A DNA stretch of 64,000 nt from Takakia lepidozioides. Taxonomy: Eukaryota; Plantae; Bryophyta. Made by a program: the position numbers and the translations under genes. The notes below the pieces were generated by a model, which saw only the letters and a program-made list of their open reading frames with translations, was not told the DNA's origin and searched no databases. The DNA lies in the NCBI GenBank assembly GCA_030704615.1, contig CM060731.1, positions 13,888,001-13,952,000 of the forward strand. Direction: 5' to 3'. Below, in pieces: positions 1 through 12,125 of the stretch. Position 1 is the stretch's first letter; every line of letters starts with the position of its first letter.

Positions 1-675
1 TCCATGGCCGAAAAATTTCAGGTGAGTATCTTGTTTTACAGGGTCATTAACACTCGCTCAAGAGTATGCAGGTGGTTCCAGAAGTTTCCATTGAGGTCCC
101 GACCTCACAAAATGATACCCACCTACTCCGCAAGTATTCGTGTGCACAAATGGATCATGCTTCAGGAGATGGACACCTCACCCTCTGCTTTATGTATTCC
201 TCCACCTATCATTTAGTTTCCATGGTTTCAGCCAAACCTATGGAGAGTTGAAAATGGGTATGTAACAGCCCTCTGTTTGCAGTGGTCTTGGGGCCCTACC
301 TCATCTCTCCTACTGGGGGACATTCTCTTGCTGGTGGAATGATTGCTGTCAGGTGAACAGTATTTCACCTGTCCATCCAACCCAGGAACCCTTTGTTTCT
401 CAGGAAGATGCCTCAAGTGGACAAATTATCACAGCTCTACTGATGTCTGTCCAAGTCCCTATTGAATTCAAGATACTCAGAAAAGAACTTGGCTTGTTTA
501 TGAAGAAGATCAGTATAGGTCAGTCCCCTAGACCTGACTGGTGCTCATCATTGCTGACCCAGTGAGGGCTTCCAGTAATCCAAGGCTGTATAGATTTTGT
601 GGTTAGAATCTATAATGGAATATTTCTCCCTTCTTGCCCCCAATAAAAAGCAGAGAGAATGTTGCTTGTGAGCAC

Positions 676-3600
676 CTGTGCCATACGTGGGGACTTCCGA
701 CTCATGGCATGCGCTTCCTCCAACTCCTCTGACATGCCCTTTAACCTGTCACCCATGTGAGCCATCTGTTGATCTCCAGCACTAACACTATTGTTCTCTA
801 AAAGCTGTTTGACGTGTATACACATCAAAGTAATAGCCTGGGTCACATTTGAGAGGTTAGAAAAGAATCTGGGTTAGAAACTGGGTGGTTTGCTACTGGG
901 CCATTGCTGTGGCTGTGAAACCCTCCAGCAAAAAATGCATGAAATTAATGAACGAATCAATAGAGATTACTGGTCCAAGATATTTACTTATCTTGGGTGA
1001 TGGAGGTCACCTGGCAACCAATGCATCGTTCTCCATGTCCAATGAACTGTTGTTTCTAGTCCAATGAAGCCCTTCAGCAACCCCCTTACTGTCCACTCCT
1101 CCTGTGAATAGCCAATGGGTTTCAGTGGAAAGAACTGCATTACTTATTGCAATCTCTCATGGCCTTCAAGACGGGAAGTAATGACGAATGTGATGCCCTT
1201 GAGGATGACTTCTCAAACATGAGAATATTGAGCAACTAAACTCAACAGTACAGACAGTATACATCCTGCGCATTAACCACGCGACAATTTCTTCGAAATA
1301 CAATTGCAAGTATTGTTGTGCAATTGCCATTGAATGTCTGCTTGGATTGACCCTTATCAGAGATTGAATGAAAACAAAGTGTCTTTTTCACAGCTCCATC
1401 TTGTTAGTAAGTTTAGTGGAAATACACTGTAAGTTGTATCGTGCAGGCTACCTCTTCACCAGGTCCTTTCACACTACCCAGAGATGTTCATCGGTTCCTC
1501 AGAGTGTTTGCATGACAACTCATAATCTTCTATGATGGAGTATTGGAAAGGGTTTTGAGAATAGTGCAGTAACAATGATCTAAGTAAAGTTAGAGACGAA
1601 CTTGCGGGGCGATGTTGGCTATCGGGACAGTGCCTGCCGTGCTGCAGATGCTGGAGTTCTTGCTGGTGCTGCACAGAGAGCAGTGCTGTCCTTTCCATAG
1701 CCCCAGCACACTGCTGCTGTAGCATTTCCCGGCTCATCTCTGATTTCTCTAGCTGCTTGCGTAGTGCCACCACCTCATCAGCTTTTAGGACAGCACGTGA
1801 GGCAAGACTTCGGGTGTCAATTGGAAGGTCATTGTAGTCTTCTATCCTTAATTTAAGTTGATCTCTTCGTAGTTGACCTGAGGTAATCTGAGATGTGTGT
1901 TGCTTAGGGAGATCAGCTTTGCTGGCTGCAATAATGTCAGTTGTAAGGGAGCCAGCAGTGGCGGTGCTCGAGCTACGACCTGCATCACCACAGGATTTCC
2001 TTATGAGCAATGATCAAGTGACGCAGACGACAGGAAATCTTTCAGCACTGTGTGTGGCTATTTTGATTTACATGACTGAGGATCCACAATGGATCGAAGG
2101 ATGAATTAACTGAACAAGAGACATGCAATAGATATTTGTCCACTCCCTAGAGCTCTTTCCTACTGACTGTTTTTCACACATTATCCCATGGCTGTCCCAG
2201 TCCCTGTTGTCCCAAAGACAGTTCAGCCATGTCCATAGGTGTGACATGATGCATCTGTTATGAGATAGAGGGCTAGAGTTAAATGTACTGGAATCAACCT
2301 CATGCTAGATAGGAGGGAGTATATTGCATAAGGCTACAACAAGTACCTTTCTCTCTGGACCTATAGTGTTCGCAATATATTTCTTTTCCTTGTTCTTTTT
2401 CCTTTTCTCTCCCCTGGACATCCTAAACCCTTTCTTCTTCCCATAGACGCAGACACAAAATGTCATTGCCTGAAGTCCAGAGAAGGAGATTGGTTGTGTA
2501 CCTTTTCCCCCAGATTCCAATGCTCTGATGTTATGTTGCAGTGTTTTGATAGTCTTATCTTTCTGTGCTATTACGTCTTCTTGGAGGGCTATGCGGTCTT
2601 TTGCACTCAACTCTTTTACCTGCATGAGTCATTGTGTGAGAGAGCATATAAAAACCAGGGCAACAAATAGAGATCATTCAAATAATAGGAAATTAGGTGT
2701 AGGCAGTCGTTCAGGCATTCATGCACGCTTTCCAATGAGTAAAAGTATGCATCATGCTCAAAACAGTATGGAATTTGATAGGAGAGGAGGCACTATGCAT
2801 CATTTGTTTATACGTGCTTCCTTGCACCCATTAGGTTTTTCTCCCCCCACCTCTGGCACACAAAAGTAAGAAAATCAGGCAAAAGTAACAGCCATTCAAT
2901 AGTCTTTGTTGTTCATGGAAAAAGGGAAAGAGGAGACTTTACTGGTCGCTGAGTATTTGATTTTTGGAGGTGTCCAGATCTCTCCGGAATCAACTTGGTT
3001 TTGACATTTTCATTTCTGATCTCCTCCAGCTTGTCTGTGAGCTCTTTCACTTTCTTGGCATAGTATATGCGTACATTTGCAACCTGCTCAAAGTGCTTGG
3101 CCTTTAGATAAATTGCAATTCCATGGAAATTCTGATGGAACTAACAGAGCAAAGATTACTGCTGACTTTGAAAAAGACAGGTCAGAAGGGCGCCATGGCT
3201 GCCAAAAGGGCACAGTAGTGCAAGGTTGTCAGGGGTAGGAAAAAGAGGAAAATTGGGAGCTGTGAAAGGGGTTCCATGTAACATTGAGAACATAGTTTGA
3301 GCCACTTGTTCTGACTGATGAGGACAGACTTGGATAGAGTGCAATCCTGCACAGGAACATTGTGCTCGTGAGTCTGGAAGTGCAGCACAGAGCTTACACA
3401 TTGGTGTAGCCTAAAGGGAGTAGGTGCCAGTGAGGGCTGTAGGCACCAGAGTGCTATCACTGGATTAAGGAGCAAAGATGGAAACCTGTAGCACTCAGAA
3501 CATGTACCTGTTTTTCCAGGTCTTTCACATGGTTGGCGGCTGCCTGCTCACTCTCACATAAGGGGAGCTTGGCCTGAAGCTGTTGCTTCAAGTTCCGGAT

Positions 3601-6600
3601 TTGTGCTATCGACTCATGCTTCATCTTGTCATGCTCTAGTTTCATGTGATGGAGAATTCTGTTGGTTTCATCTTCTTTAAGGACTGCTTGACGTTGCAAA
3701 GCTACCAACTCCGCCTGAAGCCGTCGAACCTTATCACTCTCCTCTATTCCTGATTTTGATGCCTGTAGAATGTAAAAATGGATGGCAATGGGGATTTGGG
3801 TGACAATGACTGGGTGAAAGACAACTCTGCGCTCCATAAGGTCTTAGGCAACATGAGACAAATTATGATTGAAGTGAGCAGCCCCAGGTGGTGTTAAATG
3901 CTCTAAGGCACAAGATGTCCATCAATACACTGGATGGTAGTGAACAGATTTTTGGGTCAAACAGACAGCATTGAGGAATTTCTCTAGGATGGTGTTATGA
4001 ACACAAGAGAGATATAACCAAGTAGGAAGATCTGATAGACTATCTACTGACTCATGTAATCAGTAAAGGAGTCCTATTCACAGGAGTTCTCATGGAGTTT
4101 GAGCAAGCAAGAAGGTTTTATTAGTACCTGAGCGAGTGCTGGCAAACTGTTGGGTTCTTTTTTTGCAACCTTGAGAGCTGCTTCCAGCCTCTTCACCTGC
4201 ATAGTCCCTCGTCACACCACAGTTGGAAATATGAAACTGCTGAGTATACGTAATGAAGGTGACCCACAAGAAACATTGATTAATTTTGACTTGAGATGGG
4301 GTTTTCAGAACTTGTGATGGGGCCATACGACCATTTTGCTCGGGAGCTTAGTGTAGCCATTTTGGTTTGAGAAGACTTGCTTAGAAGAAGACTGCAAGAC
4401 ATGGAAGAATCCATAGAATTTGAGCACTTTGATCTCGCAGTTGTCAATGTGCTCGAAGAACCTTGCTCTTCAGAGTGGCCAACAGAGCTAGCATGTTGAC
4501 TTGAAATATGTGAATGCAAATGTCACTATCAGAAGAACAATCTACATATGTAATCTGTGTGATCTGTCTGCTCATATTGGTTTTGCTCAAGTATGAAGCT
4601 GGTGAATGTAAGTTGTGAAGTTACTAATATACGTTTCCTGAGGCTGAGTGACATGTAGTTTGTGAAGGGAGAGTACGTTATTAATGAATTTTTTTGACAT
4701 CAAATCCGATTGTTGAAGAAGTGTGGTATTTCTTGGACTGTAAATGTTGGATAGGTATCCCCTGCTTTGTCAAGCCAAATTCTACAGAGAAAGACGAATA
4801 AGACCTGTTTTTGAAGTGTTTCAATTCGCTTCGCAGCTCTACCATTATGCAAGCTGTCTTGCTGCTCTTGAAATGGGGTGTGCAAACCATTCTCTCTCCC
4901 GGTTTTCTCTCCCTCAAGATTGGCCAGCCTGCTCATCAGCTCTGATATTTCAGCTGCCTGCATCAATGCCCCTTTCGTGAAACCCTGACCAACCAGAGAC
5001 CGTGGCACACCAAAGGACAACATTACTGTGAGATTTGCATCTGGCCAGCACTCAGGAAAACATCCTTGACCTAGTTCGTAAGCAAACACAATGGCTTGCG
5101 AACATATTTGTAATCATCAGTGATGAGAAGCATGTCTCTCCTTTCCCTGTCCTGCCTTTACACTTGTCAGCTTGCAGCAGGTGGATTCCTTATTTCAAAC
5201 ATGTATGGTGCAGCCCCATACCTGCTCTTCAATCGTGGAGTGCAGTGACCTAAAAATTTCCTGGTGCTCCAGCAGTGTCTGCACTTTCCCCTCCCTTGAT
5301 GCAGCTGTGCGTGTGTGACTTTGTCTCTCCTCTTCCAGTCTCTCTCTCAAGACTGTCCCTTCGGATTCCAGGTCTGCTACTCTCTTAGAATCTCCCTCAG
5401 CAACCCTCTTCTCCAACTCCACATATGCCTGCCTCATCTGAATAAAGCACCCATACCAAATCCAACTGAATTAGCAAGACCTCTTTGGTTTTTACCTGAC
5501 AATCAAATGACCGTGAACTTAGGCTTTCAGATGTTTTCATTATGAGGACAAATAAGTCTGTTCACCGACAAGAAAGAAACGTATACCAGGATTGGACACT
5601 TTGGAACAAACATGACAGTATTTAACAGCCCAGGGCTTGCCTGGGGGCTTTACCGCTAATGAAATAAAAGCCTGGCTGGTGTGGCGACATATATTGGCTG
5701 GTCAGCTAAAAGATGTCAGATCTAGTATTCAACAAACCTTATCAAGGTCAGCCCTCAATTTAGCTTCACGAGCTAGTGTGTCCTGCAAATTCTCCTTCAT
5801 CGGAAGTGAACCGGGTTCATACCCCACACTTTGGCGTCCACCAGTCATTTGCAAGTTTGCTAGCTGGGAGGCAAGCATTGCGTTCTTTTCAGCCATAATG
5901 TGTGCCCTCTCCCTGGCCTCTGTCTGTACCTCCTTTAGTTTCCCAACAGCTTTCTCATTCTCATGCTGCACTCCAGAGGGAAATCTGTCAAGCGTCTCGA
6001 TTTTATTATATTGAGTATGTTCTACATAGCTGGAGAGCTATACTTTTACTTATTTTTTCTTAGAAATATGTTGCTCCCTGGCTACCTGGACAAAATTTGC
6101 AACATCTGGCTTAGAATTTTGCTCAAAACTGACACGAGATTGGGCGTGATAAAATTTCTCTCTCTTTCTTTGGCATTCTTTGGCAGCTTACCTGCACAAG
6201 GCTTTGACCCTTAGACAATCCCTTGAACAGTAGTTGACTTTGGGCTGTTTTTTGGCTCTGGTTTTGTTTCCTCTCTCTTGTTTTTCCCATTTTGTCCCAT
6301 AAGCTCTTTGAGCTTTCCGCGGACGTCATACAGTACCATTTCATTCATTTCCTTTCTCCTTGCTTATAATCTTTCTTAAGAGGTTACAAGCCCTTCCACC
6401 CAAGGGGCTCGTGGCAAGAGCCCTCGCAACATCTATTAGGCTCAAAACAGCAGGTTTCAAGCACTCCTGGTATGCTCAAGTGTGCAGTTTTTTTGAGCGC
6501 AATGGACTCTCTATTGCTTCTCTATTGCCACAAAATCCAGAAGGGGTGGAATTCACATCCAAATAGGATCGCAACAGACTCATCAGAAGAGAACTTATGG

Positions 6601-9600
6601 AACTACATGTCAGGAGTGTTGGAGGTGTCAAGGCTATAGCCCTTGCACGACACTCGGAGAACAGAACGGGACGGGTAGCTCAGTGGTAGAGCACCCCACC
6701 GGAATGGGGGAGGTCCTAGGTTCAATCCCTAGCCCGACCATACGCTAGTGGTTTTCCAACTTGGTATCAGAGCCAAGGTTGGGGCGGTGGTCAGAATGGG
6801 TGGGCATTAGCATAAGGGCTATGCCTTGAGGGGGAGTGTTGGAGTGTCAAGGTCATAGCCTTGCACGGCACTTTGAGAATAGAACGGGACGGGTAGCTCA
6901 GTGGTAGAGCACCCCACCGGAATGGGGGAGGTCCTAGGTTCAATCCCTAGCCCGACCACACGCCAGTGGTTTTCCAACAAGGAGAACTTGGAAGCTACCC
7001 AATCTCCCAACAAAACTTCATTTCTATCGAGAGACACTCTTGGTTCTCCGTGTTGATAAAATCTTGCGGCCGAATTACCTTTCGGCGCCTTTATCTCCTT
7101 CCTCCTGAGGGTCCGGGTGCTCCCACAATCTACAGTTAGAGACTGGCAGATGGAAAACCTGCAACGGGAGGACCGCCTATGCCCAGCTTGCACTGGGCAC
7201 AACCAGGAAATTGAAACTGAAGAACACTTCTTTTATTGCCCTCTGTATTATAAGATCCGTGGGAGATTCCACTGTCTATTCCGTGGCACTCAATCTCTCA
7301 CTGGAGTCTTCCACTATGAGGATCAGAAATGCTTGGCAGCTTACCTGCACAAGGCCTTGACCCTTAGGCAATCCCTTGAGCAGTAGCTGCTTTTGGGCTG
7401 CTTTTTGGCTTTGGTTTTGTCTCCTCTCTCTTGTTTTTCCATCCCATAAGCTCTTTGAGCTTTCCACGGACGATATAAAGTACATCTGATAAAATTTCAT
7501 TTCATTTCTCCCTCCTGTGGATACACTCTCTCTGGGGCTTGGTTTGGTGTTCTTGGAAGTGGGTTTTCTTCTACAGTGTTATATCAACTTGGTTGAATTG
7601 TAGCTTCATTGCTCTACATTGCAAGGGAATCAGATTATCGTTTGCAAGGGCACAGAATCTACCTCAATAATGATTTGACTACTCTGCAATCCACAGGAGT
7701 AAATTGAGGTCAGGGCACAGAGGAAATGGCAAATGGGCTGTCTTTGGAGACGGTGGCAGGGTCATTATCCGGGAGGACTGCCCTTCTCCAAGGGTTCCCT
7801 AGGAACTGGGGCCTCCACGATCACATCTGTCAATGGGCTCAATGGTCGATGTAACCAATTATAGCCAACCCAGAAATTGGGTGTTCCCTGTAGCAACAGG
7901 TCATAGTTGCTCACCTAATATGTGGGTACTTGGAGGCTTGTGAGTCATTGGGGAAGGTTCGGGCAACCATGCTGTGCCCCATTATGGCTGTTACAAGGTG
8001 TCAACCTCGAGTGGACCATGGTTTGTGGCCAGAATCTGTAACCTCTCAAAGCATCAGTTTCGGCACCTTCCATTTTCTGTGTTTTACGAACCAGGAGGCA
8101 GTATGTTAGGGATACCTGGAAAATTAGGAGAGCAATTGAAAGTTGATTGGACCCAAGACTAGGCAGAACATCCAGCTACCTGATAACCTCGTATAAGGGC
8201 CTCTTGTTCCAGGATTTCTTGTCGCAATATCCGAACTTCCTGGGCGGTCAGCTGCACTTTCTCTCCCCCCATTTTGAGTTTATGCCAAGGTTGTTCAGCC
8301 TCCAGTTCCTACAAATGGTAAGCACATCGATATTGGCACTTAATGCAACAGCGGCTGTGAATCTGGCTTGCCTTCGCAAAGCAATTGTCAATTGCAAGTC
8401 TTAGGTCACTCAATCGCTGCATAGAAAAAAATTTCTTCCCCGGCCTGTCTGCTGTACACTTCAGCACGTTCATCTAGATCTCAAGTATTAATTAGGTGCT
8501 TAGGTTCTCTTGAGGACTGGGAAGCAGGTAGAGACAGAATGTAATGTTAACCAGATGCAATATCGGACTACTCTACAATGTTGGTAGAAACAGATGTGAC
8601 CCGTGACACATTTGATAAGAGAGAGAATATAGCATCCATGAGATGAGATGTCAGATCCGGGCTAGAATATATCCTTCCCTATACATTCCGAGTTTCGTCT
8701 GGAAGTTCAATATATTCATATAATATCACTCATGGATTAGGAATGGAGAGAGATCTAGATGACCCACCCCATTACCACAGGACTTCCTGAATCTCCATTA
8801 TATCACACCTTCAACTTTGATATATGGATTTTGTCAAAGAACAGGATGCCGATTGGATAGGTTTTGGTGTACCAAAGTTATAGGGCTCTCGCACTGGCGA
8901 CCGCTGGGCAGTCGCCGCTGCGGAGCCCCAGAAATGCTTTGAGGGGTCTCAATTAATGAACCTCGCCCCGCCAGCAAGGATGCCAAGTGTGCAGTCTCTG
9001 TTGACTGCCATATGGCATGGCAGTCAGTAACAATTTGGGCCTTCAAATCAACATAAGAATTGGCAATTGCATGAAGGGGACAGCTTTGTAACATTCATGA
9101 TGTTATTTGTTATTACAGATGTCTCACCCTCTTTCCACAGCGCGACTCTGAAGTGATGCTTTCCCAGCTAAAATGTAGGTCTGCAGTTCTCTTTTCCCCT
9201 CTCATCCCCACTGTCCCATATTTTTGAAACTTTCATAGGTCCCTCGGACTTCCTGTGGGCAAGAATAGTTTGTTTTGATGCTTCTCAGTCTTCACAAGTG
9301 GAAGCTACAAGTGATGGGATGATGCAAAGGGTCAGCTGAATTCGATAGCAAGAAAACACTGGCTAGCTGAGATTAGAGGCAAACCTGGAGACGAATGGAC
9401 AACGCGTACTTCTCTTTATGGAGCTCTCGAAACTTGGCGTCCCAATGTTCCTGTTTCTGCCGCCCACTGCTTTCAGCTTCACGTCGCTGATCAGCCAACC
9501 GCTGGGCTACCAGTTGTCGCTGCCTCCTCTCATCGGTTACTTGCGCCTTGAGTTCCTCCACCTGTCCCCTCATTACCCACTTTTTGGCATTGTCAATGCT

Positions 9601-12125
9601 CACATGCGCCACTGTAAGGTAATTGTGTGAGCCTGAATCACATTACCTTTAATACAGCTTCCTTTCATCACTAGTGTTGCGGTCAGACCATCTGCTAGTC
9701 CACTAATTGAGCTATTGGACGAAGAATGACAAGTCATGCAACACGCCTCATTAATTAGGTTTCATTAGCAAGCAGCACTCCAATGAAAATTAATGATGTC
9801 TTATGGATAGAGCCCACCCCCAAAAGGGGCAGTACCCCAAGGTAAAGTGGCTCTTAGTTACAATGGCTGGCCTAGCTGGAGTCTTCTCTTTTTCTCTCAT
9901 GTCCTATGGAGGGGTGAATTTTAGTAATAGTTCACAAGGGTCTCATGATTTTGCAAAAAGAGACAGCCAGTGAGAATTGAAGCTCAAGGTGGTCTTTGTG
10001 AAGGGCATATAGTATAGATGTTGTAGCTAGGCCATGCATACTATCATTAGACTCAAAGCGCACATTACTTTGTAGACGCAGAAGGTAGCCCAACCACAGC
10101 TTGCTTAGTAAAAGATGACTGCTAAGCTCCAGAATATGTTGGAGACATGGAGTGGTCACACTACTACCATAACTGCCTCCAGTATGTGCTACAAAGCTTG
10201 GCGGTAAGTGATGCGCACCTTCTTTTGCAGATCGGAGACCTTAAGTGCTGTTGGCTCTTTGAGTACAGCCAATGGTAAAGATGACGGTGTTACACCATCA
10301 ATGGGTTGTCTGAGGGGAGCTCCAGTCACCTGCCATGAGTAGGCGCAGAATTTGGGGACAAGAATCAATTCACAACAGGCATGAGGATCCCATAAAGTAC
10401 AACAAAACAGTTTGAGGAGTTGCGAATGAATCTGCCGAAGAGGAGGCACTGTGGTCATATTTTTGTAAATAACTAGATTGCAATAAGTGAAGGAGGCCAT
10501 TTGTACACGCTTCATGACTGATGAGTGAGGGCGATGAAGAGATGAGATGAGAAGAGAAGAGTTGAGAGGAGAGGAATATTCCTTGCTATTTAATTCTGCT
10601 TTTTGTCATTTTGCAAAAGTATGGAGAGTACTTTCTGGATGAGCTCCAAGAACTGGTTGTCGAACTGACTTGTTGACTCAGCATCTGCAGTCTCTCGAAT
10701 GGGCTTCTCTGATCCTTCCTCCACCATGCTTGATGTTTGCACATGAGCTTGTGTGTCTGAAATCTCAAATTGGTGATGCAGTGCATCAAGTCATCACTTA
10801 TGCTCAAGATACTCAAACAGTCTATTCTGTGCAAGTGACCATTATTGGCCTACAATTTTGCAGCTACAACCAGTCGACATCGATGGAAAAGGTAGTGTGA
10901 TCAAAGAAGCAGCAGAGCAAACAGAAGTTCAAACTTTGTAGACTTCCCGGTCAATGATGTCATGGATCTGGTCAGAGCACTTGCTCACACAGGTGCAATA
11001 CACATCCAAGAGAATCTTACCCAAGTTACGATTTTTCCAGTGGCAGGGAGAGAAAAAGGGCCCAGGTTGGGAAACGTACTCTTGTCAGCAGCATCCTTAG
11101 TTCTTTGCAGGGAATCTGAAATGCTTTGACTGGAGATGCTGGTCACACTCCCTCGTACATTTTCAAAAGCATCAGCACCAGATGGCAGTAGTTCCTCATT
11201 ACCATGAACATGCAATCTCAATGGGGAGCTCTGCAGCGGACTTGATGAATGCAAGTTTGCAGCCCTTGCAATGAACTTCTTGGCTGCTTGACATTTTCTC
11301 AATGTTTCTTTCTTCTTCTTCTCCACAATCACTGCAGATCCCTGCTTTGGAACTGCCTCCTTCCCAGTTTTTATTATTAGCATTTTCTCAGTCTCTTGCA
11401 AAATTATCTCCTTGCACTCTTGTTTTGAATCCTCATGTTTACAAGGTCTTGGATCCGTTTCACATGCTAGCTCATAGCCATCCAAATAAAAGCTGCAGCC
11501 TGCTGGCATCATGGTTTTCTCTACCTCACCTGCCTCGGCTGGGACTCTGAAATTTACTCTCGCTTTCTCTGCATCTAAACTCAACTTACTCTCCTCCTTC
11601 CATTTGCTTCTTGATAACTTCTCCTCCCCTTGAATGTCACCATCCTCTTTTGTTTCCTGAGCAGCTATGCAATGGCTTGATACAGACTCTTTGCACTTGG
11701 CCCAATCTGCCTCTCTACAGTTGGATTCAAAACTTCGAGTAATTTGTAAGGCACCTCGTTCCTCCAGGAGCATTGGTTCTTCCTTGGAAGGCGGTGAACG
11801 CAGTTTACCCATTTCCTCCACATTCCCTTTTGGACATGCTGAACCAGCCTGGACCTCCACATCTCCATTGCTGAAGTTGCTTAAATGTGTGACAGGAGGC
11901 ACATTATCAACTTGCCTTCCACCTGTCTGCAGTTCTACAGGAAAAGAAAAGATGGGTGCAGTTGAATCTTTCGACACCTCCCTGACTATAGCAGGCAGTC
12001 TTTCTCCCTGTTGAATGGAGGTCTCGTCCATGGAGCTCTCACTGTCCTCAGAACCATCGAGCTCATCATCCAAATCCTGAGGATAGACCTCTGCCTGTGT
12101 CTGCTTCAAATGGCGCTTTCGGCTC
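676..12125 (-). CDS. CEP162: Multi-exon coiled-coil centrosomal/ciliary protein, CEP162-like (5' start unresolved, 3' end probably beyond position 1)
   Basis: Exons with GT-AG borders read on the minus strand: ~12125-11021, ~10327-10219, 9611-9385, 8308-8180, 5965-5738, 5437-5222, 4957-4805, 4196-4128, 3762-3508, 3083-2943, 2619-2502, 1979-~1640, 765-676 (additional small exons likely). Spliced peptides EILEQEALIRGYQ|HENEK and VKRLEAALKVAKKEPNSLPALAQ|A resemble CEP162 motifs recalled as EQETLLQGYQQENE and VKELE...PNSLPAL. Orthology is from recall, not a search. Confidence 0.65.
6172..6350 (+). mobile_element. RTEX-like LINE 3' fragment
   Basis: Shares the family 3' end (ttggcagcttacctgcacaagg...cccataagctctttgagctttccgcggac...catttc) with many other copies in the window. 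Confidence 0.8.
6669..6740 (+). ncRNA. tRNA-like Pol III cassette in TRIM LTR1 (probably not a decoding tRNA)
   Basis: Cloverleaf: acceptor GGACGGG/CCCGACC (6 of 7 pairs), D arm GCTC-AGTGGTA-GAGC, anticodon arm CCCCA-CCGGAAT-GGGGG, variable AGGTC, T arm CTAGG-TTCAATC-CCTAG. A and B boxes intact; TTTT at 6752-6755. Confidence 0.85.
6887..6958 (+). ncRNA. tRNA-like Pol III cassette in TRIM LTR2
   Basis: Identical to 6669-6740. Confidence 0.85.

Larger units (their letters stand above)
6617..6979 (+). mobile_element. TRIM (miniature non-autonomous LTR retrotransposon) with a tRNA-like cassette in each LTR
   Basis: LTR1 6617-6761 and LTR2 6837-6979 (TGTTGGA...TCCAACA; LTR1 ends ccaact). PBS TGGTATCAGAGCCA at 6762-6775 (tRNA-iMet), PPT GAGGGGGAG at 6828-6836, TSD AGGAG at 6612-6616 and 6980-6984. 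Confidence 0.95.
6355..7508 (+). mobile_element. 5'-truncated RTEX-like LINE interrupted by a TRIM
   Basis: Collinear with copy 23750-24520. Encodes a C-terminal zinc knuckle (RLCPAC...[12 protein letters not shown]) and ends in the hairpin plus (CATTT)n tail. Confidence 0.85.

Noticed and set aside
1-600. Possible plus-strand micro-exon gene (MAEKFQ|VVPEV...)
   Set aside because: Candidate introns are very short, no recognisable domain, and the region probably lies in an intron of the minus-strand gene.
6296-6325. Histone mRNA-type stem-loop
   Set aside because: Superficial similarity only (3-nt loop, different stem); it belongs to the LINE 3' end and there is no histone gene.
6669-6958. 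Two genuine tandem tRNA genes (anticodon GGA)
   Set aside because: Embedded in LTRs with PBS/PPT/TSD; lack U33, have mismatches in the acceptor and anticodon stems, and a short variable arm incompatible with Ser.
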